DNA of 64,000 bases. Source: Eledone cirrhosa (taxonomy: Eukaryota). The DNA lies in contig OZ024742.1 in NCBI GenBank assembly GCA_964016885.1, forward strand, positions 173,786,001-173,850,000. The letters are read 5' to 3'. Within the stretch, counting starts at the first letter, position 1; every line of letters starts with the position of its first letter. Positions 57,485-64,000 of this stretch are shown one piece after another. Position numbers and translations under genes: made by a program. Below the pieces are notes generated by a model. The model saw only the letters and a list, made by a program, of their open reading frames with translations, had not been told where the DNA came from and made no database searches.

Positions 57485-57797
57485 ATATGTATGTATATAT
57501 GACTGTCAGGTCACCAGTTGGTGCTACTGGTAACATGTATCCCAGTACAACCTGTCTCGTGGCCGGGTCGTTGGCGTCTAAACTGGCAACCCCACCAAGG
57601 TTTCTTGGCGAGGAGGATGACTTTGGACATCCTGCAGGACTAAAAACAAAACCTCTCAAAGGGCAAAAGAGCTCTTAAGTGTCAATGGCCATCCAAAATC
57701 ACCGGGAGAGATGACCCAATTAGCCTTTGTCAAGGCAGAATTCTAGGAGAAGGAAAACTCTGATATAACACCTGCTACTCTGATGGTATCCAATGAT
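56958..57797 (+). mobile_element. Cluster of RTE-family pieces in (GTAT)n/(TA)n: diverged middle (56958-57150), RTE 3' end (57176-57228), 5' end of the non-autonomous element (57501-57797)
   Basis: 57176-57228 matches the reverse complement of 29217-29256. 57501-57797 matches 55250-55487(-) and 14165-14350. Confidence 0.8.
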
Positions 57798-59556
57798 ATA
57801 ATATATATGTATATATATATACAGACACACACATATATATATATATATATATAGTCATCATCATCTTCGTTTAACGTCCATTTTCCATGCTCGCATGGAT
57901 TAGATATATATATATATTTAGGTTTGAAGGTTCACCACTGGATATAACTGGTCATTCCGTATGGTCAATCTTGATGTAATAATATGGAGAGTACTCAACG
58001 TAAAGCAGCTCAACTGTCTCCCTTTGTGTAGTTGGTGGTGCGCGTACGGAGTTAAATATTATGTAATTCACAGTGAATTCTGAGGCTCGAACACACACTG
58101 ATTCCATCTCTTCCATCCTCTATATTTATATGCATTATCTAACGGCAAGTTGATCTATATTGTATTTCCCCTGTGTTTTGATTTCTCCGATATGTTCTTA
58201 TATACTTCCGTTTTACTCCACCACCACACTAGCTATGACGGCGTTTTATTTATTTTTTATGTATTTTTTCATTTATTTATTTATTTATATATTTCTACCT
58301 TATTAATGTGTTTTTATCTTCGTATTCTGCTTTTATTTATCTATGTATTCTTGGTTTTTGCCTACTGTTCCTTTTATTTAGGTTTTTACACGCCTTACTC
58401 TCATTAAATACTTATCATTGCACTCATTAGCACCCGACATTAGAATATCTCCCCCTGAGAACCACAATACTTATAACCCGGATTATCTGGGGACCTAGAT
58501 ATAGTCTATTTGCGCTTTTCATCGGGTTTTATAATACACTTTTCATCGGGTTTGAATACACGTGATGATCCGACTGGTGTGGTGGTTTTCATGGCTGCGC
58601 GACCGGCGCTCTGGTGCATAAGCCTCCCTTGAGTGATTGGAAAAAGAAATTTCCCCTTCTTTCGGTAAATGAAATTACTCGGAGCGGGTGGCTTCGCCCC
58701 GAGGCCCGCTGCGCCGTCGTTTTGACCGCCATGTAGTACCTTTAAATTCTAGGCCTAATCATAACTATTAGCTGTATCATGCCTCCCTCTACTGACACTT
58801 AAACAAATCCCTCTCCTGTGTAAATTAATAGTACTCGTTTGGTATAACGATGGCATAACGACGATGGCTGACTTCCCACTAGCACACCCGAAGCCTAGAA
58901 CAGTTACATTCCTAGAGTGCTCAGAAAATTATTTAACTAAATCTCGCAACCCAAACCATACATTTTTTTAAAACTGTTTAGTTTTTAATTTTCAATTTTT
59001 TTTATTTTACAATTTTAATCTTTAATTTGATTTTTTTAATTTCATCCTATAAATCTAAACAAAAATTTAACGTTCCAATTTGTGGTTCACAAATTATACC
59101 ATGCAGACGCCCACTATATATACCGCTGTTATAATATATACCTCTGTTAAGATATAGGTTCTTTAGAATAACATTTTCGCGGCAATTCCTGGCCTGAATG
59201 TAGCATGACATTAACGGTGAGTTTTCTTCTATCTTTCTGGGGTTTTTTCTGCTTTTTTTTCTTTGACCGGGAGGTTAGTAGCACATTATAAGCTTTCGCC
59301 CCCTCACCAGATATGCTTAAGTAGACCGAATAGCCCGCATTTGAGGGCGACCGGCTAAAGTGGGGGATGCTAGATGGTCGGTTGTCCTCGGGTCTATTAT
59401 TTTCAGCCCCATGGATTTTTTCTGTTACATGCATTTATTGTATTTCGAATACCTGGTGATATCACTGGATTCATATGGAACCCGGTCATTGAAATGATCA
59501 TAGTATAATAAACCTTTCAAGGATTTACACAAGTCCAGCGTCCTGTTATTTTATTA

Positions 59557-59624
<68 letters not shown>

Positions 59625-59736
59625 GAGATACATGTACAGATACATAACATAATTATAGATATATATATATATATATACATGTGTGAATATAATATATATA
59701 TATATATGTGTATATATAGATATATATGTGTGTGTG

Positions 59737-59784
<48 letters not shown>

Positions 59785-60336
59785 TATGTATATGTACATA
59801 TGATATTTTTTTCCATCATCTATAATCTCCCTCATAAAAACTGTACATGATAACATTTTTATGTGTGTGCTTCAGTAGGTAAGGTATTAATATAAAATAT
59901 ATTATAGTGTGTAACACAAAATTGGGAACACGTGTAACAACTATAATAAGATGATTGTTGTTATCATACATGTTATAGTTCTGAGTGGATGTTGTAAGAC
60001 ATAAATTTCATCTCAACACCATAATTACCAGTATCATGGCATAGATTTTACCTTGGACATTGATAATTTACTGTCTAAAGGTTTATATTGTAGCCTTGCT
60101 AAGATTCTTTTTGCACAAACTACTAACTAAATTATAAGACAGAATTTCTTAATTAACACTGATGGTAATTTTCTAAGTAAAGTATTGGATTATATATGGA
60201 TAGGATTTTTTTTCTTATAATAATACTTGCACTATTATTCTATATGTAGATGTGTGTAATACTGTTCTATTTTTCTATTCACTTGATAAAGTTTCTGGTG
60301 TATATATGCATATAGGTTTAGATATATACATAAAAC

Positions 60337-60740
60337 AATGACGTGGATGCTGCAATAATCCCCTCTCTGCTCAAACCAGTGGAGCTGGACTGAGGGGAAG
60401 GCAAAAGGCCAGACTGCATGACCAATATCCCATTTTGCAGTGCTAAACTGTTCACCTGGAATGCCACATGCAGTAACACTTTCTCCAACACTAGCCTAAT
60501 GCAGTCTGCGATTAATCCAGGCTCTGCTGCAGTTTGGGCCAAGGAGGGTAAACTCTCCAAACATCGGTCACTAACAGGTTTGCCCATAGCAGTGGAGTAT
60601 TCTGGTGTCCTAAACCCTTGGACCACCATCGGTACAGAGTTGTCTACACCCACGTATGAGCCTCGTGAGCTGGAATGGCCCATCCAATGCATCCTTCACA
60701 ATCCTTCAGGGCTGCAGGGCAGCCAGCATGTAAGAGATAA
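60337..60740 (+). mobile_element. Decayed 3' end of a CRE-like LINE (RLE endonuclease)
   Basis: GKRPD.MT.IPF...K.FTWNATC.NTF......SA..PGSAA..A...K..K...L..P.AVE.SGVL. Confidence 0.78.
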
Positions 60741-61465
60741 GAAAACAAGAGAGACAGAGGCAGTGACTATATCAGCATTGCTGAAGTATTTTGTAGAACT
60801 AAAGATTCAGTGATTTTACGATACATAGGTACTAGACCCATCTGTGAATATAAATATGTAACCGAATGAATAAGTAAAGGATAAAATAGGTATTGTTTCT
60901 TTCTCTATAGTTCACACATTGTGTACAAGATGGTGTATGACAGAACAACGGAGAGACACAAAATAACAATAAAGGCAGTCACTGACTATATCACAGAATG
61001 TGATGAAAGAATTTTGATGACTATCAGTAACTAAATAACCATCTGGTTATTGAACTAACTGACTGGGAAATTATAATAATAAATCTAAGTGAAACCAACA
61101 ACGAGTGTTTTTATTGGCAGCTAGACCTTCCTGAAATATAACAATACATATATAGAGAGAGAGATTCCTGAGATGTTTCGGTGGGTAACTACACTGAAAA
61201 GGGAACTCAATACAGTGCAGGATATTGGATACTGCACTAATGATAATGCAGCTGCTCTCAGAGCACTTTCAATTAGAAAATGTCTGACAAAGAAAAGAAC
61301 ATCCTCCATACAGCCCAGATCTAGTTCTGTTACATTTCTACCTCACTAATGTGAAATCGAAATTAAAGGGTCATCATTTTGGGACTGAGGGAAACATACA
61401 AAAACTTGTAACCAAGGAGCTAAGGACACTCACAGAAAATTAATTCTGGTACTACTATGATAAAA

Positions 61466-61596
61466 TGAAAAAGTGTTAAACCACTATAGGACATCCCAGG
61501 GATCTTATTTTGAAGGAGATATCTTGTAATTTCATGTACGTATAATATACATTTAAATAAAACATCAGAACCAATACTTTTGGAACAAACCTTGTA
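61466..61596 (-). mobile_element. Mariner-like terminal fragment
   Basis: Minus strand ta|caaggtttgttccaaaagtattgg...ctccttcaaaata, resembling mariner TIR-proximal sequence. Confidence 0.5.
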
Positions 61597-61653
61597 TGTA
61601 TATATATTTGTATATATGTATATAAATAAATATATATATAGAGAGAGAGAGAG

Positions 61654-61695
<42 letters not shown>

Positions 61696-61971
61696 AGAGA
61701 GATTTTGAGTATATGTTGGTTGTATACCAACAACTCAGTATGCAGATTGGAGCGGTCGACGAAGTGCGCAGGTTGGTTTGGTTACTCCGGAGTAATGTAA
61801 AATAAAATAAAATAAATAAGTCAAATGTTTAAAATTTAGTTTCGTTTATTACTGCTATATATATTGTTCCTCAGTGAAATAACAACCCAACCAGAAACTG
61901 GGCGTATCAGAGTATTGAGAAGGTTATACACCTCAACAACATATGACTTGTCTACACCACACTAATTCGGT

Positions 61972-62024
61972 CTGCCTGAAGAGGTCACAGCCAAAGATGG
62001 CTGTCACCGAAATATATATAGCAG
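61972..62024 (+). ncRNA. Type I HHR motif in a fold-back mini-element (~61700-62085)
   Basis: ctgc-CTGAAGA-ggtcacagcca aaga tggctgtcacc-GAAA-tatata-TA-gcag. Arms 61797-61864 and 62012-62082 are inverted; (TA)n follows. Confidence 0.82.
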
Positions 62025-62273
62025 TAATAAACGAAGCTAAATTTTAAACATTTGACTTATTTATTTTATTTTATTTTATTTTATATATATATATATATAT
62101 TCATCATCATCATCATCATCATCGTCGTCGTTTAACGTGTATATATAGTTGCCCGATATAGGTTTGTTATTTTTATTGATTTATTACTTTAAATCGAGAC
62201 AGGCAAACCATATTGTTTCAAATTAGTATTTTTTCAACCTAGCTAACTTGGTCATTTGCAATTGGAACACATG

Positions 62274-62396
62274 TATACTTGTATCGGTGTTCATCCCTCT
62301 CATATATTCAATTGTATTACACGGCTCGTAAAGATTCCCTTCTTTGAGCTATTGAATTATGAAAAAACTATTTTAAGTTTCTAACTCAAATCAATC

Positions 62397-62442
<46 letters not shown>

Positions 62443-62565
62443 GATTGAGTTGAGTTAGAAACTCAAAATAGTTTTTTCATAATTCAATAGCTCAAAGTAG
62501 GGAATCTTTACGAGTCGTTTAATACAATTGAATATATGAGAGGGATGAACACCGATACAAGTATA
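62274..62565. repeat. ~125-bp inverted arms centred on a (TA)n tract
   Basis: 62274-62400 is the reverse complement of 62439-62565 with few mismatches. Confidence 0.9.
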
Positions 62566-62730
62566 TATTTTAATTATGTCTCATATAAAATAATACAACT
62601 AGCTTTCCGCAAAATACATATAGTTAGCACCCCAAACGTAAAATTGGGATTATACTAAGGTATATCCTAATGTTTGTTGAGTGAGTTGGTAGCTAGTCAG
62701 AGTATAGCTTAAAGCTTTCTCTGTTAATGT

Positions 62731-62791
<61 letters not shown>

Positions 62792-63359
62792 TATAAAGTA
62801 TGCCCATAGAATCATTTGATAATATATATAAACCATTTCTTCTGCCAATTAGCATAATCAACCACACAAAAAACCAATTGAACCAGGCTATAAGATTAAA
62901 AGGCACCTATGAAGAAATAGTAGATAAATAAACGACAGCAATCTATTTGCGATCAACCACTATAGAATATTTACGCAACATTTCAATAGCACGTGGAAAT
63001 CGATTAAATATAACGTCAACAATACACAATTAGGAATAAAAATAAAGTTAGAAGAAAAAATGCATATACACATACCAGGAATGCGTTTCTACCCTTAGGG
63101 TTTCGTTCGCTTTCGGAAATATCCTATCAAGCATAAATTCTCGAGCTTCGAACTCACCAGGAAACAAACTCACTTGGACAAATATTTTTTCTTAAATGAT
63201 CCCCGCTAGAAACGAATTCAAAATGGCTAAGAACTCTGACGTGGCAGTGGTGAAGTCAGAAAGAATGTGATTGGTACCTCACTGCGAGTGGGCTGGTTGG
63301 TAGAAAGCGCAGCCCAATATTGCCCAAATTGCATCTCAACTTTATTGGAGATTATCATA

Positions 63360-64000
63360 TATCTATCTATCTAAGGCGGGTAAAATTCCCGAGATCCATG
63401 GACGAGTTCTCTCCAGCGGTCTCTGTCCCTCATTATCGCTGCCATATCCTGCATCTCCAACAGACCAGTGTCTGTCCTTAGGGCATCAACATATGTTAAC
63501 CTTGGTCTTCCTCTTCTAGTGTGTCCATGTAGGGGCTCCCAAAGGAGCACTGAGTGCAATGTCAACTCTGGATGTCGGTGAGCATGTCCAGCCAACCTCA
63601 GTCTTCTCTGTGTCACTTTTGAGCTGACTTTTGGGATGCTCCCATACAGCTCTGAGTTTTTCATCCTCAGTGTATACTGATTAATGTTCAGAGCCATCCT
63701 CAGCATTCTCGTGTAGCACCCATCCACCATCTGAGTGAGTCTCTTGGTCAGTGTCCAAGTCTCAGACCCACACAGCAGCACAGACTCCACTACAGCAATG
63801 AAGAGGCGGACCTTCAGGTCTCTACGAAGGTTCGATTTCCACACCGATCCCAAGCTGTGACACGCCGCCCAGGCCTTGCTCTTCCTCTCAACCACATCAT
63901 CTTCCGTATTCCCAATCTTTGCTCCCAAATACAGGAAGTCCTCAACCAATTCCAGCGGCTTCCCGCCTACATTAGTGATCCCCTCTGGCTTCTCAACATT
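63360..64000 (-). mobile_element. RTE-clade LINE 3' part, same family as 712-1890; continues beyond the window
   Basis: ORF 63371-63949 is closely similar to the C-terminus of ORF 711-1886; (ATAG)n tail. Confidence 0.93.

Overview
AT-rich animal genomic DNA loaded with (TA)n, (CA)n and (GTAT)n microsatellites. The SINE repertoire suggests a cephalopod (octopus-like) genome; this is inference. No intact host protein-coding gene is recognisable and most track ORFs are microsatellite artefacts. The main feature is a young Penelope-like element (PLE) at 39045-45729, inserted in (TA)n. It has an uninterrupted ~1270-aa RT + GIY-YIG ORF, a 236-bp pseudo-LTR, an inverted 5'-truncated second copy and three identical minimal hammerhead-ribozyme (HHR) motifs. 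Many short fold-back or (TA)n-flanked islands elsewhere carry HHR motifs with unrelated stems; the clearest are at 17455, 20825, 36634 and 61972. The window also holds RTE-type LINEs, a bipartite RTE-derived non-autonomous family, RLE-endonuclease LINE ends, a non-autonomous Helitron, Tigger/mariner relics, many SINEs, and a processed KIF23/MKLP1 C-terminal retrocopy joined by a 22-bp hairpin to an RTE-derived element. All alignments and foldings were done by eye.
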